This document shows, piece after piece, positions 40,637-50,940 of a stretch of 64,000 bases of DNA. Source of the stretch: an uncultured Acidimicrobiia bacterium. Its GTDB lineage: Bacteria > Actinomycetota > Acidimicrobiia > Spongiisociales > ZC4RG35. The position numbers were made by a program, and so were the translations under genes. Location of the stretch: the NCBI GenBank assembly GCA_963772815.1, contig CAVYYV010000005.1, positions 318,626-382,625 of the forward strand, read 5' to 3'. Numbering within the stretch: position 1 is the first letter of the stretch; each line of letters starts with the position of its first letter. The notes beneath the pieces were generated by a model. The model ran no database searches and was not told where the DNA came from. It was given only the letters and a program-made list of their open reading frames with translations.

Positions 40637-42283
40637 CTATCCCACCACTTCCAGATCCGCCCCGTACAACTCCAGGGTGCGAGCGGTTCGCCGCCACGAG
40701 GCGACGTTGTGGCCGGCGGCAGGGAGGATGCGGTAGGTCGCCCCTTCCACCCAGGTCGGGTAGGCGCGCACATTGCGCGCCACCCACCTGCCGTTCCGTG
40801 GGGCGAACTCGACGGTCATGATCACCCCGTCCTGGGTCTCGGGCAGGAAACGCTGCCCGGAGAGGACATTTCCCAGCCCGTAGAAGATGTACTCACCGTT
40901 CACCTCCTCGACCGGGGAGACGACGTGGGCGTGATGGCCCACCACCAGGTCGACGTCGGGCGAGGCGATCAGAGCCCGGGCCACCTCCTTCTGATAGGCG
41001 GTGGGCGCGGCCTGGTATTGCACACAGCAATGCATGCTCACCACCACCACGTCGGCCCCTTCCTCCCTGGCCCGGTGGGCCTCGGCCAGAATCTGGTCCA
41101 GGTCCAGCATCTGCACCAGCCACGGCTTGTCCTCCGGCAGCCGCAACCCGTTCAGCCACCAGGTGGCGGCGATATGGGCCACCGTCACGTCGCCCACCCG
41201 ATAGAGCGTGGCGTGACCCGCCTCGGACTCCGTGGTTGCCATCCCCGCCTGCAACAGGCCGGCGTCGTGTAATCCCTGCACCGTCGCCTCGATGCCACTT
41301 AGGCCCTGGTCCCAGGAGTGGTTCGATGCGGTCGAGCAGCCGTTGTAGCCGGCCTCGGCCAGGCCGTCGGCCACCTCGTGGGGGGTGTTGAAGCGGGGAT
41401 AGCTCGAAAGGTCCCGGTCGGTGGCGGACAGGGGCGTCTCCAGGTGGCAGATGGCGACATCGACCGAGCCGATGATGTGGGCTACTGGGGCGAACATGGG
41501 CCCGAAGTCATATGCCGCTCCGTAGGCGGCCGCCTTGCGCCATAGCTGGCTGTGGATCAACACGTCGCCCGTGAATGCCATCGTCACAGTGGGTCGTGGC
41601 GGGGGCGACGCGGGAGTCAGGCCCAGGGCGCGGGAAAGGAACGACGCCATCTGGTCCCGCAGCACTGGCCGGGTAGGGCAAAACCGGTCGTCGGCGGGAG
41701 GGTTGCAGCCCTTGGTGATACCGGCTGTGGCCAGAGCCGCGATGTCTGCAGAGAACGGTGACTCCCCGTCGTCGACGAACGGATCCTCTCCAGCCGGCGC
41801 CAGGTGGAGTGCCCGATTGAGGAAGGCGGCCATCTCTTGGCGCGTGACCACCCGATCTGGACAGAAGAGGTGTGGCCCGCAGCCACGGGTGATTCCGGCC
41901 ACGGCAATCGCCTCGATATCTGACTCGAATATCGAACCGTCGTCGTCGGTGAACGTGTCACCGTGGGCCGCCGGCAGATGCAGAGCACGAGCGAGGAAAG
42001 CCGCCATCTGGCCCCGGGTGACCGAATCCGCCGGACAGTAGAGGTCGGCCTCTCTACAGCCGCGGGTGATTCCGGCAACCACGATCGCTTCAATGGCGCC
42101 TTCATGGACGTCTCCGTCGTCATCGAAGAAGGTCCCTCCCGGGCTCGAGGGCGAGGGGAAAACGATCGCGCCGTCAGCAGCCGACGCCACTGCGGCTGCG
42201 TTGGGGCTGATCAGATCTATCCCCTCAGTTCCGCTCCCGGCGACGGCAACGAAGAGCGCGAGGACCATTGTTGCCGGGCCCAT
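40637..42283 (-). CDS. CapA-family (poly-gamma-glutamate synthesis/metallophosphatase-like) protein with three N-terminal S-layer-homology (SLH) repeats
   Basis: ORF 40637..42463. Three ~50-aa repeats (FxDDDGxxHExAIEAIxxAGITxGC...xCPxxxVTRxQMAAFLxRAL) fit the SLH pattern. They are followed by CapA-like regions (MAFTGDVLIHSQLW, VAICHLETPLS, VVVSMHCCVQYQ, VVGHHAHVVSPVE, IFYGLGNVLSGQ). Start likely M61/M66 (signal-like MVLALFVAVAGSG), since the upstream 180 bp has poor GC3 on this strand. Confidence 0.7.
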   Translation of the reverse strand: MGPATMVLALFVAVAGSGTEGIDLISPNAAAVASAADGAIVFPSPSSPGGTFFDDDGDVHEGAIEAIVVAGITRGCREADLYCPADSVTRGQMAAFLARALHLPAAHGDTFTDDDGSIFESDIEAIAVAGITRGCGPHLFCPDRVVTRQEMAAFLNRALHLAPAGEDPFVDDGESPFSADIAALATAGITKGCNPPADDRFCPTRPVLRDQMASFLSRALGLTPASPPPRPTVTMAFTGDVLIHSQLWRKAAAYGAAYDFGPMFAPVAHIIGSVDVAICHLETPLSATDRDLSSYPRFNTPHEVADGLAEAGYNGCSTASNHSWDQGLSGIEATVQGLHDAGLLQAGMATTESEAGHATLYRVGDVTVAHIAATWWLNGLRLPEDKPWLVQMLDLDQILAEAHRAREEGADVVVVSMHCCVQYQAAPTAYQKEVARALIASPDVDLVVGHHAHVVSPVEEVNGEYIFYGLGNVLSGQRFLPETQDGVIMTVEFAPRNGRWVARNVRAYPTWVEGATYRILPAAGHNVASWRRTARTLELYGADLEVVG

Positions 42284-42339
42284 TACAGGAGTGTGGCACG
42301 GGGCGAAGATCCGAGCGGGCATAATGGCGGCCAAATGGA

Positions 42340-42604
42340 CAGCTACTCGGGACCGGCTCGCATCCTCGACTCCAACGGGATACTGCTGACCGTGGGCAGC
42401 GTCGAACTCGAATCCAAGCCCGAGACCCGCTCCTGGGGCGGCCTCCTGAGGGTGATCGCCCACACGGGTGTGGCGGGCAAGGCGCTGAGCATCAAGCTCG
42501 ACCTCGGGCAGGGGAGAGTCGGTGATGCCGCCCTGGATCCCCTGTCACAGGAAGACGGGGTGGCCTTCTCCGAGGTAGCCGGGATCGGCCCCCAGCCATT
42601 CTGA
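42340..42604 (+). CDS. small hypothetical protein (88 aa)
   Basis: Part of track ORF 41963..42604. From ATG ~42340 (MDSYSGPARILDSNGILLTVGSVELESK...) GC3 is ~84% on this strand versus ~68% for the opposite-strand frame. Convergent with kynureninase. No homology recognised. Confidence 0.3.
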
Positions 42605-42627
42605 GCTTCGTCGCCCTCTGCTCTCCT

Positions 42628-43926
42628 CTAAGCCACCGGACCGGCAGGCGAGATCGCTTTCCGCCACTCCTCCCGGTTCATCACCTGCCTCAACTCCTGT
42701 ACCGCATCCCACACGTCCACGTGCCGCTGGAAAGAGGGACCTAGCCCGAAACGCAACAAATTGGGAGGCCGGACATCGCCGATGACCCCCCGAGCGATGA
42801 GGGCAGACATGATGGCGGAAGCCTCATCGTGAGCGAGACTGACGTGGCTGCCCCTCCCGGCCACCTCCCTGGGCGTGACGACCTCGAACTCGGGAAGCAA
42901 ATCGTCCACCATGTCGATGAAGTTGGCCGTCAACAGCTCGGACTTGGCGCGGAGCTGAGCTGTTTCCACATCGGCGAAAGTGTCCAGGGCTGAGTCGAGC
43001 GCCGCCATCGAAAGGATCGGCTGGGTGCCCACCAGGGCCCGTCTGCGCCCAACGGCAGGCTCGAAGTTCTGGCTCATGGCGAAGGGGTCGACGTGCCCCC
43101 ACCAGCCGGCCACTGGGTTGACAAATTGCTCCCAGAGATCAGGGCGGACATAGGTGAAGGCCGGCGCTCCCGGGCCCCCGTTCAGGTACTTGTAGCCACA
43201 GCCGACTGCCATATCGGCTTCACCAAGGTCCAGATCCATCGCTCCCACCGAGTGAGAAAGGTCCCACACCACGACTGCTCCGACTTCGTGTGCGGCATTC
43301 GTGATCGTATCGAGGTCGTGACGGCGACCGCTCCGGTAGTCGACGTGGGTGAGCGAGACCACCGCCACCGACTCGTCCAATCCGCCTACGACCTGATCGG
43401 GCTCCGCAACCCTCAGCCGCCGGTTGGTCTGAGAGGCGATGGCCCCCATCGTGTAGATGTCGGTGGGGAAGTTTCCCGAGTCCGTGACGATGGTCGGTCG
43501 GTCCGGCCGCATCCGGGCGGCGGCGGAGACGGCCTTATAGATGGCCACGGTGGTCGTGTCGGCGGCTATCACGGAGCCGGGCACTGCGCCGATCAGCGGG
43601 GCGATCTTGTCACCGACTCGCTCGGCCAGCCTCCACCAACCGTTCTTGCTCCAAGAGGTGATGAGGTCGTCACCCCATTGGCGCAGAACCAGGTCCTCGA
43701 CCACCTCGGGCACGTGTTTGGGGAGGGGGCCGAGGGAATTTCCGTCGAGGTAGACGACGCCTTCGGGGAGGTTGAACCGGGCCACCAGGAAAGCAAGCGG
43801 GTCGGCCTCGTCGAGTGCCTCGAAATGGGTGCGGTCGAGCATCGCCCGCCAAGCTAGTGGTCCGTCGCTCAACTGTGGTGCACGTAGCTCCGAGTCATCG
43901 GTGTCATCTGGCAAGGAGAAGGGCAC
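42628..43926 (-). CDS. kynU: kynureninase
   Basis: 432 aa. VYLDGNSLG N-terminal motif, PLP-fold core, ...DLSHSVGA...GCGYKYLNGGPG. Start may be the internal M28. Confidence 0.85.
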   Translation of the reverse strand: MPFSLPDDTDDSELRAPQLSDGPLAWRAMLDRTHFEALDEADPLAFLVARFNLPEGVVYLDGNSLGPLPKHVPEVVEDLVLRQWGDDLITSWSKNGWWRLAERVGDKIAPLIGAVPGSVIAADTTTVAIYKAVSAAARMRPDRPTIVTDSGNFPTDIYTMGAIASQTNRRLRVAEPDQVVGGLDESVAVVSLTHVDYRSGRRHDLDTITNAAHEVGAVVVWDLSHSVGAMDLDLGEADMAVGCGYKYLNGGPGAPAFTYVRPDLWEQFVNPVAGWWGHVDPFAMSQNFEPAVGRRRALVGTQPILSMAALDSALDTFADVETAQLRAKSELLTANFIDMVDDLLPEFEVVTPREVAGRGSHVSLAHDEASAIMSALIARGVIGDVRPPNLLRFGLGPSFQRHVDVWDAVQELRQVMNREEWRKAISPAGPVA

Positions 43927-44197
43927 AGTCGCAGCCGGGGAGCCGCAGCGAGCACCTCGACACAGCCAGGCGCGTCGAGGGCCGGAGACACCGCGCCATC
44001 ATTTGGGCGACGCACCACCAGCGGTCGGTGCCGGGCCGAACCATCCCGGCGATGGATCACTGAGGCTTTGCTCGGCTTCCGTGGGAGCGCTCCCGGGTGA
44101 GGATCGAATCAATTCCCGCTTCAACCGACCCGGCGCCAGGCAGCTGGTTAGTGTGCGATTGCCCCCCCGGCCACAGAGACGAGTAGGAGGAAGCTCA

Positions 44198-45385
44198 ATG
44201 GACCGGCGCGAATTTCTCAAGACGGCAGGATTTGGAGCTGCCGGAATCGCAGGTGCGGCTTTGCTGGCCGCCTGCCAGACCGAAGGCGGGACGGTGGCGA
44301 CTACCGGTGGTGCGACGGGCGGGACGGGCGCTCCTGCCACCACCGGCAACCCCGATCTCGACACCGCCCTCCAGGCAACAGATCTGCCAGAGGTCAGCTG
44401 GAACCTGGCCACGAGCTGGCCCACCAACCTGGACACCATCTTCGGCGGCGCCACCACCTTCGCCGATCGGGTGAGTGCCATGACCGGCGGCCGGTTCACC
44501 ATCGACGCCCGGGCAGGCGGGGAACTGGTGCCCCCTCTGGAGGTCCTCCAGTCCGTCCAACAGGGTGCCGTCGACGCCGGGCACACCGCCTCGTACTACT
44601 ACCTGGGCCTCGGCCAATGGCTGGCTTTCGGGACTGCGTTGCCGTTCGGCCTCACCGCCCGCCAGCAAAATGCGTGGCTGTATTACGGAGGCGGCCTGGA
44701 CATGCTCCAGCAGCTCTATGCCGAGAGGTTCAACGTCATCCAGTTCCCGGCCGGGAACACGGGCGTACAGATGGGCGGGTGGTTCAACAAGGAGATCAAG
44801 AGCCTGGCCGACATCCAGGGTCTCCGCTTCCGTATCCCAGGTCTGGGAGGGTCGGTGATGGACAAGCTCGGCGCAGCCGTGCAGGTGATCGCCGGCGGTG
44901 AGATATTCCAGTCGCTTCAGACCGGTGCCATCGACGCCGCCGAGTGGGTTGGCCCCTACGACGACACCAAGCTCGAGTTCCAGACCGTGGCCAAGTACTA
45001 CTACTACCCCGGATGGTGGGAGCCGGGTCCGACCCTGGAAGTCCAGATCGGGCTCGACAAGTGGAATGCCCTCCCCGAGGAGTACCAGGAAGTGGTCAAG
45101 TCGGCCGCCGCCCACGCCAATGTCGACATGATGGCGTCTTACGACGCCAAGAACCCGGTTGCCTTCAACGACCTCGTGAACGGATCGGACGTGCAGGTCC
45201 TGCCCTTCCCCGAGGACGTGATGCAGGCGGCCGAGCAAGCAGCCTTCGAGATCTACGACCAGAACGCTGCTGACGATGCCGACTTCAAGTCGATCTTCGA
45301 CTCCTGGAAGCCTTTCCGGGATTCAGCCAACGCCTGGTTCAAGATCGCCGAGGCGGGCTTCGTGAATTACGAGCCTCAGGTGTAA
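44198..45385 (+). CDS. dctP: TRAP transporter substrate-binding protein (DctP family) with Tat-type signal
   Basis: Track ORF 43772..45385. Real start ATG ~44198 (MDRREFLKTAGFGAAGIAGAALLAAC) after a GGAGGA RBS. Twin-Arg signal and DctP-like fold. Confidence 0.75.
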   Translation: MDRREFLKTAGFGAAGIAGAALLAACQTEGGTVATTGGATGGTGAPATTGNPDLDTALQATDLPEVSWNLATSWPTNLDTIFGGATTFADRVSAMTGGRFTIDARAGGELVPPLEVLQSVQQGAVDAGHTASYYYLGLGQWLAFGTALPFGLTARQQNAWLYYGGGLDMLQQLYAERFNVIQFPAGNTGVQMGGWFNKEIKSLADIQGLRFRIPGLGGSVMDKLGAAVQVIAGGEIFQSLQTGAIDAAEWVGPYDDTKLEFQTVAKYYYYPGWWEPGPTLEVQIGLDKWNALPEEYQEVVKSAAAHANVDMMASYDAKNPVAFNDLVNGSDVQVLPFPEDVMQAAEQAAFEIYDQNAADDADFKSIFDSWKPFRDSANAWFKIAEAGFVNYEPQV

Positions 45386-45462
45386 GGACAACATCTACCA
45401 AAGCCAGAGGGGCCCCCGGTTCGCCGGGGGCCCGTTTTGGCGTCTCGCCAGCGTTCGCTGAT

Positions 45463-46821
45463 CTAACCGGCGCCCAGCCCCCCGCCCAATCCGGCCAGAT
45501 GCACCATCCAGGTCACGCTGGCCGGGATCAGGGCCACCAGGATCAGCCCCACACCCTGCAAGGCCATGAAGGGGAAGGCTCCGAGGTGTATGTCCTTGGT
45601 CTTGATCTCGGGTGGAGCCACCGACTGGAGGTAGAAGAGCGAGAACCCGACCGGGGGCGAAATGAAGGCGATGTTGAGGTTGATCGCCATCATCACCGTG
45701 AACCAGACCAGGTCCACCCCCAGCGCCTGGGCGGCGGGCACGAACAGGGGCATGACGATGAAGGAGATCTCGAGGAACTCGAGGTTGATGCCGAGGAGGA
45801 AGACGATCACGTTGGCGGCGACGATGAATCCCCACTTACCTCCGGGAAGGTTGAGCAGCCAACCCGTGATCAGGTCCTGGCCGCCGAGACGATCGAAGAG
45901 GAGGGCGAAGAAAGTGGAGCAAAACAGGATCTGGAGCACCAGGGCAGTGATCTGGGTGGTGGCGACCGCGGCTTCCCTGATCATCTTCCAGGAGAAGTTG
46001 CGGTAGCCGATCGCAAGGAGGACCGCACCCAGGGCACCGACCGATCCCGCCTCGGAGGCGGTGGCCAGACCGAAGAAGATCGAGCCGAGGACCGCGAAGA
46101 TCAGCGCCAGTGATGGCACGATGGAGAGGAAGGCCTCCTTGGCCAGCGCCGCTCCCGCCAGGGTGCGCTCTTCCTTGGGGATGGGTGGGGCAGTACCGGG
46201 CCGCAGGTAGGCGATGATGACCGCATAGGCGGCGTAGAGGATCGCCAGCATGATCCCGGGAATGAGGGCACCGGCGAAGAGCTGACCCACCGAGACGGGC
46301 AAGAAGGTGGCCAGCACGATCAGCACCAGACTGGGAGGAATGAGCTGGGCCAGGGTGCCTGAGGCGATGATTACGCCGGTGGCCAACTTGTGGTCGTAGT
46401 TGTAGCGCACCATCACCGGCAAGGAGAGGATGCCCATGACGATGACAGTCGCTGCCACGACACCGGTCGCGGCGGCGAGCAGGGTGCCGACGAACACCAC
46501 CGCGATGGCCATGCCGCCCTTGATCGGGCCCATCAACATGCCAATCGAGGTGAGCAATCGCTCGGCCAGGCCCGATTTCTCGAATACCGCCCCCATGAAG
46601 ACGAAGAAGGGGATGGCGAGGAAAGTGAAGTTGGCCATCGAGCTGGCAAACCACTTGTTGAACAGGCCATTCAAGATCGCCGGGTCGAGAGCGCCTGTGA
46701 AATAGCCGAGGACGAAGAACACGAAGGCAGTTCCGGCGAACGAGAAGGCGACCGGGTAGCCCAGCATGATCACCACCATGAAGACGAGGAACATGATGAT
46801 CGCCAGCCACTCAGCACTCAC
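45463..46821 (-). CDS. dctM: TRAP transporter large permease (DctM)
   Basis: 452 aa, ~12 TM helices, typical DctM composition. Confidence 0.85.
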   Translation of the reverse strand: MSAEWLAIIMFLVFMVVIMLGYPVAFSFAGTAFVFFVLGYFTGALDPAILNGLFNKWFASSMANFTFLAIPFFVFMGAVFEKSGLAERLLTSIGMLMGPIKGGMAIAVVFVGTLLAAATGVVAATVIVMGILSLPVMVRYNYDHKLATGVIIASGTLAQLIPPSLVLIVLATFLPVSVGQLFAGALIPGIMLAILYAAYAVIIAYLRPGTAPPIPKEERTLAGAALAKEAFLSIVPSLALIFAVLGSIFFGLATASEAGSVGALGAVLLAIGYRNFSWKMIREAAVATTQITALVLQILFCSTFFALLFDRLGGQDLITGWLLNLPGGKWGFIVAANVIVFLLGINLEFLEISFIVMPLFVPAAQALGVDLVWFTVMMAINLNIAFISPPVGFSLFYLQSVAPPEIKTKDIHLGAFPFMALQGVGLILVALIPASVTWMVHLAGLGGGLGAG

Positions 46822-46840
46822 GCTCGGCTCCCTCTCCCGA

Positions 46841-47451
46841 TCATTCCACCCGCACCGGGGCCTTGGACACGTCGTAGCGCTCCTTGCCCCGCAGGACCCG
46901 GACGAGCTTGATCATCTCGGCCAGCGTCTGGAGGGAGAGGAGGGCGAAGGCCACCAGGATCACGCTCTTGATCGGATAGCACGCGGCAGCCCGCTTGGAT
47001 CGGGCGAGCCCTCCTTCACCTGCCAGGAGAAGAGGATCGGGCTGATGGAGACCCAGATGCCGATGACGCAGAAGGGAATCAGCCCGATCAGATGGCCCAC
47101 GAAATCGATCAAGGCCTTGGTCTTCTCGCTCCGATTGGCGAACCAGAAGTCCACCCGCACGTTGACCTGGTTCTTGAGAATGTAGGCGAAGGCAAACAGG
47201 AAGATCAGCGAGTAGAGGTACCACTGGCCTTCGATGAGAGCATTACTGGTGAGCTGCTGATGCACCGAGGCGCCCACCCGGCGTAGAACCACGTTGACAA
47301 AGCCCATCAAGATGGTGGGGACGACCAGCCACACCGAGACCTTGCCGAAGAACTCTGATATGGCTTCGATGCCGTTGATGAACCAACCGTGATCGAGCGG
47401 AGCTCCCGCCTTGTCTCTCCGCCGTCCGTCCTCGGGAATGTCGGTGGCCAT
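46841..47451 (-). pseudogene. dctQ: TRAP transporter small permease (DctQ), disrupted by a frameshift near its 3' end
   Basis: ORF 46960..47451 ends ...ILFSWQVKEGSPDPSGLPRAIRSRA-stop. The conserved DctQ C-terminus ...[37 protein letters not shown] is in another frame (tail of ORF 46841..47224). A 1-bp change at ~46975-46985 joins them. Confidence 0.65.
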
Positions 47452-47500
47452 CGCTCGGGGACCCTACCGCCCCGGATTGCCCCGAGGCGGCCAAACCGCC

Positions 47501-48067
47501 CTACTCGTTGACCGCCGCCCCTCCCCATCGTCTCACCAGGTCGACGGCGGCCGGGGACAGGTCAATGTCGCTTACGTGGATTATCCGCTCACCGCGAACC
47601 ACCTGCACCACGGTCTCGGCGAACTGTTCGGAGGGAGTATCGAACCACACGTCTCCCTGATGCCAATCCTGATCGGGCGGAAAGCCCTGGATAGCCATGA
47701 ACCTGGCCCCGATCTCATCCACGACCGGGCAGGAGGCTTCGAGATGATGGCCGAACTCGTGCATGAGCGATTCGGGGAAACGGCGGGGCGAGGTGGGTAC
47801 CAGGACACGGATGACGTGATCGGAGAAGCTGTAGGAGGCGTCGCCGTCGGGAAGCTCGCTCACCGCCACCAGGTCGACGTCACCCAGGCAGTCGCGCTGG
47901 TTGGGGAAGGCGGCCACGAAGTCGGCCCAGGAATCCTCGATGATCGTCATCGCCTGCGGAGGAAACTTCTGGCTGAGACGCAGCACCGGTCCTCCCCCAC
48001 TATTGGCCCACAGAACCCCCCCAATCACCCCCACCACCACTACCGCCAAGACCACCGACCTGCGCAC
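47501..48067 (-). CDS. putative secreted zinc metallopeptidase (HExxH)
   Basis: 188 aa. Signal/anchor MRRSVVLAVVVVGVIGGVLWA and the motif HEFGHH. Confidence 0.5.
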   Translation of the reverse strand: MRRSVVLAVVVVGVIGGVLWANSGGGPVLRLSQKFPPQAMTIIEDSWADFVAAFPNQRDCLGDVDLVAVSELPDGDASYSFSDHVIRVLVPTSPRRFPESLMHEFGHHLEASCPVVDEIGARFMAIQGFPPDQDWHQGDVWFDTPSEQFAETVVQVVRGERIIHVSDIDLSPAAVDLVRRWGGAAVNE

Positions 48068-48113
48068 CTATGTGTTTTTATCAGCAAAACGGGACCCAGG
48101 AGGGTCCGTTTTG
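48064..48113. repeat. Palindromic terminator-like repeat element, copy A (GTTTTTATCAGCAAAACGGGACCCAGGAGGGTCCGTTTTGCAGGGGAGAA)
   Basis: Perfect AAAACGGGACCC / GGGTCCCGTTTT inverted repeat with conserved flanks TTTATCAGC and CAGGGGAGAA. Same element at ~54.0, 59.7 and 60.3 kb. Confidence 0.75.
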
Positions 48114-48125
48114 CAGGGGAGAATC

Positions 48126-49568
48126 TCAGACGGGGCGATTCTCACGAGACTTGTGGATCTGATGGATCTGTCGGGCCTGGTGAGACCCGTCCGACGCTGG
48201 GCCGGTTGCGGGCGGGGCCGGAAGGGCCACCTCCACCACCAGCCCCCCCTCCTGAGCGTCTTGCAGGGTGACGGTACCGTCGTGGGCATCGGCGATCGCC
48301 TTGACGATCGAAAGCCCGAGGCCGCTACCGGCCGATGAGTTGTCGCCCCGCCAGAACCTATCCAGCGCCCGGCGCTTCTCCTCGTCCGAGAGGCCAGGGC
48401 CGGAGTCTGCAACAGACAGGATCAGGTTTTCCTCACGCCGGTCCAGCGAAACCGCGATGTTGCCCCCGGCGGGGGTGGCCGCGATGGCGTTGTCGATGAG
48501 GTTGTCGAGGATCTGGTCGATCGCGCCCGGTATGAGGAGTACCGGTGCGATCGGCTCGTGCTGAACGGATCGCAATGTCACCGAGGTCTCAGCCGCGACA
48601 GCGGACCAGATCTCCACTCGGTCCTCGACCACCTCCTCCACCGGCACGGCCTCCCGATCGGGCTGCAGGTCGGTCCGCGCCAGCCGCAGAAGCTGACCGA
48701 CGAGGGCGCCGAGCCGTTCGGTCTCTTCGATGGCTGCGTTGATCTCAGCCTCCTGTCCGGGCCGGACATCGGCCTCGGCCAGGTTCTCGAGGCGAAGGCG
48801 CAGCGCGGTCAGTGGTGTCCGAAGCTGGTGAGAGGCGTCGGCGACGAAGGCGCGCTGAGCTCGGAGCATCTCATCCAGGCGACGCGCCATCCCGTTCAGG
48901 GTCTCGGCCAGCTCTACCACCTCTGGCGGGGCGTCCCTCGGGGCCGGCTTGGCGCCGAGGTTTCCCGACGCAAACGAGTGCGCCGCATCCTCCAACTCGC
49001 GAAGCGGCCGCGAAACCGAGCGAGCCAGCGTGGATCCCACGGCCGCTACCGCCACCAGGATGACCCCGGCCACGGCCGCCAGGCCAAACCAGAATTGGTG
49101 AATCCGACTCTCCACCTGGGTGATGGGGAGGGTCAGCCGGAGTGCACCGTGGACCACGCCTCCCGAGGCCACCGGCACCGCCACGTAGAGGAAGTCGATC
49201 CCCAGCGTGTCGGAATGACGGGTGCCCTGGGACCTCACGCCCGTGAGGGCTGTGGCGATCTCGGGACGGGTGGAGAAGTCGCGGTCCACCGGTGCGTCCG
49301 TGTCGAGCAGCGCTATGCCGTTGGTGTCCACCAGGACGACCCTGGCTCCGGTGCGAGCCCGATACTCCTCGGCGGCGGTGGGGCGTAGAGGCGCTCCCGA
49401 GTCCAGAACGTCCTCGTAGGTAGTGGCCAGCACCGCTGCGTCCGATGCAACGGCATTTGTGAACCGGTCCCGTTCCCGGGTAGCGAAGAAGAAGGCGAGA
49501 GGTATCTCCAGCACCAGGATGATGAACAGTGCCAGGGTGAGATAACTGATCAGGATGCGGCGGTTCAC
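48126..49568 (-). CDS. sensor histidine kinase (HAMP-HisKA-HATPase)
   Basis: 480 aa. N-terminal TM, periplasmic segment, second TM. H-box ADASHQLRTPLTAL. N, G1, G2 boxes (DNLIDNAIAAT, ADSGPGL, GSGLGLSIV). Confidence 0.88.
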   Translation of the reverse strand: MNRRILISYLTLALFIILVLEIPLAFFFATRERDRFTNAVASDAAVLATTYEDVLDSGAPLRPTAAEEYRARTGARVVLVDTNGIALLDTDAPVDRDFSTRPEIATALTGVRSQGTRHSDTLGIDFLYVAVPVASGGVVHGALRLTLPITQVESRIHQFWFGLAAVAGVILVAVAAVGSTLARSVSRPLRELEDAAHSFASGNLGAKPAPRDAPPEVVELAETLNGMARRLDEMLRAQRAFVADASHQLRTPLTALRLRLENLAEADVRPGQEAEINAAIEETERLGALVGQLLRLARTDLQPDREAVPVEEVVEDRVEIWSAVAAETSVTLRSVQHEPIAPVLLIPGAIDQILDNLIDNAIAATPAGGNIAVSLDRREENLILSVADSGPGLSDEEKRRALDRFWRGDNSSAGSGLGLSIVKAIADAHDGTVTLQDAQEGGLVVEVALPAPPATGPASDGSHQARQIHQIHKSRENRPV

Positions 49569-50231
49569 TGCGCGGCGGGCTCCGCCGCCACCCTGAAGCC
49601 GACACCGCGGATCGTTTCGATGACTTCAGCGCCCAGCTTGCGCCGCAACGAGGCCACGTGAACGTCGAGGGTCTTAGTCGATCCCCACCAGTGCTCGTCC
49701 CAGACGGATTCGAGGATTCGCTCCCTGGAAAAGACCGCTCCCGGGTCGCTCGCCAGGAAGACGAGCAAGTCGTATTCCTTGGGAGTGAGCGAAACGGGCT
49801 CGCCATCCACGGTCACCTCCCGCGTGCGTCGGTCGACCGTCACGCGCCCCAGGACCTGGGTCGTGGTCGTGACGGGGGCTGCCGACGCGCGGCGCAGCAC
49901 CGCCCTTATCCGGGCGACAAGCTCGCGATACCCGAATGGCTTCACCACATAGTCATCCGCCCCGATCTCGAGCAGTGTGACACGGTCGATCTCGTCGCCC
50001 GCGCGCCGTGACCACGATGATCGGCACCTCGGACCTCTCCCGCAGCCGCCGGGCCACGGTTTGGCCGTCGAGATCGGGAAGACCTAGGTCCAGGAGTACC
50101 AGATCACCCGGGTCCGCCTCGAGGGCAGCCGCACCCGTTTCGGCCAGAGCAACCGTGAAACCCTCCCGCTCCAGGCCACGACACAGAGGGTCCGAGATCG
50201 TGTGATCGTCCTCGACCACCAGCAATCGCAT
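49565..50231 (-). pseudogene. OmpR-family response regulator split by a frameshift between receiver (49953..50231) and winged-helix (49565..49948) domains
   Basis: Receiver MRLLVVEDDHTISDPLCRGLEREGFTVALAETG...DLVLLDLGLPDLDG...VPIIVVTARG, then out of frame. The other frame reads ...DEIDRVTLLEIGADDYVVKPFGYRELVARIRAVLRR...EYDLLVFLASDPGAVFSRERILESVWD...TLDVHVASLRRKLG. One extra G in the GCGCGGGCG run (~50011-50021) explains it. Confidence 0.7.
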
Positions 50232-50358
50232 GCAGATAGCTTGGCATCCAGGGTCGGAGTAGTCGTATTTCTTAACCGATTCTTGGTTTTCGCTTGACTC
50301 CCTCTTTCCAACCCTTCTCGTAGGTTGTACACCGCCAAGCCACTTCGAAAGGGTTCCA

Positions 50359-50940
50359 ATGAAGCACCGGACAGGACTAATCACCGCCGCTTCGGTAGTG
50401 GGTGTGCTGGCGGCAGGCTCGGTCGCAATAGGTGCCAACCTAGGCATCCTCAACGCTTCCGGCAGCGATGCCGTGGGCTCTCTGAGCGTTGCCACAACCC
50501 AGCCGAGCGCCCAGGTGGAACAGGTGGTTGATGACGCTCAGGCCACCTCGACCAGCAGCACACAAACCACCCAGGCCCAGCCCAACCAGTCCGACTATCA
50601 GGTGGAAGACGCCGGGACGGTCAGCGTCAGCTGGGACCAGACCGGGATCATCGACGCCACTACCCAGCCCGCGGCGGGCTGGTCGTCCACGATCGACGCC
50701 CTTGCCCCCGACGGGGTGGCGATCAGCTTCACGGACGGCAGCACCACTTACACCTTCACCGCCCAACCCGATGAACAGGGCCAACTCACGGTCGACGTCG
50801 TCCAGCCCATTGTGGAGATCGTTACCCAGCCGGCGACCAATTCCTCGGGCAGCGTTTCGCCTCCCGCCAACACCAGCTCCAACCAGGGCGAGCACGAGGA
50901 CGACTATGGGGAGCACGAGGGTCGCAATGACGACGACTGA
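50359..50940 (+). CDS. hypothetical secreted protein
   Basis: 193 aa. Signal peptide MKHRTGLITAASVVGVLAAGSVA. Thr/Gln-rich. Acidic C-terminus. Confidence 0.55.
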   Translation: MKHRTGLITAASVVGVLAAGSVAIGANLGILNASGSDAVGSLSVATTQPSAQVEQVVDDAQATSTSSTQTTQAQPNQSDYQVEDAGTVSVSWDQTGIIDATTQPAAGWSSTIDALAPDGVAISFTDGSTTYTFTAQPDEQGQLTVDVVQPIVEIVTQPATNSSGSVSPPANTSSNQGEHEDDYGEHEGRNDDD

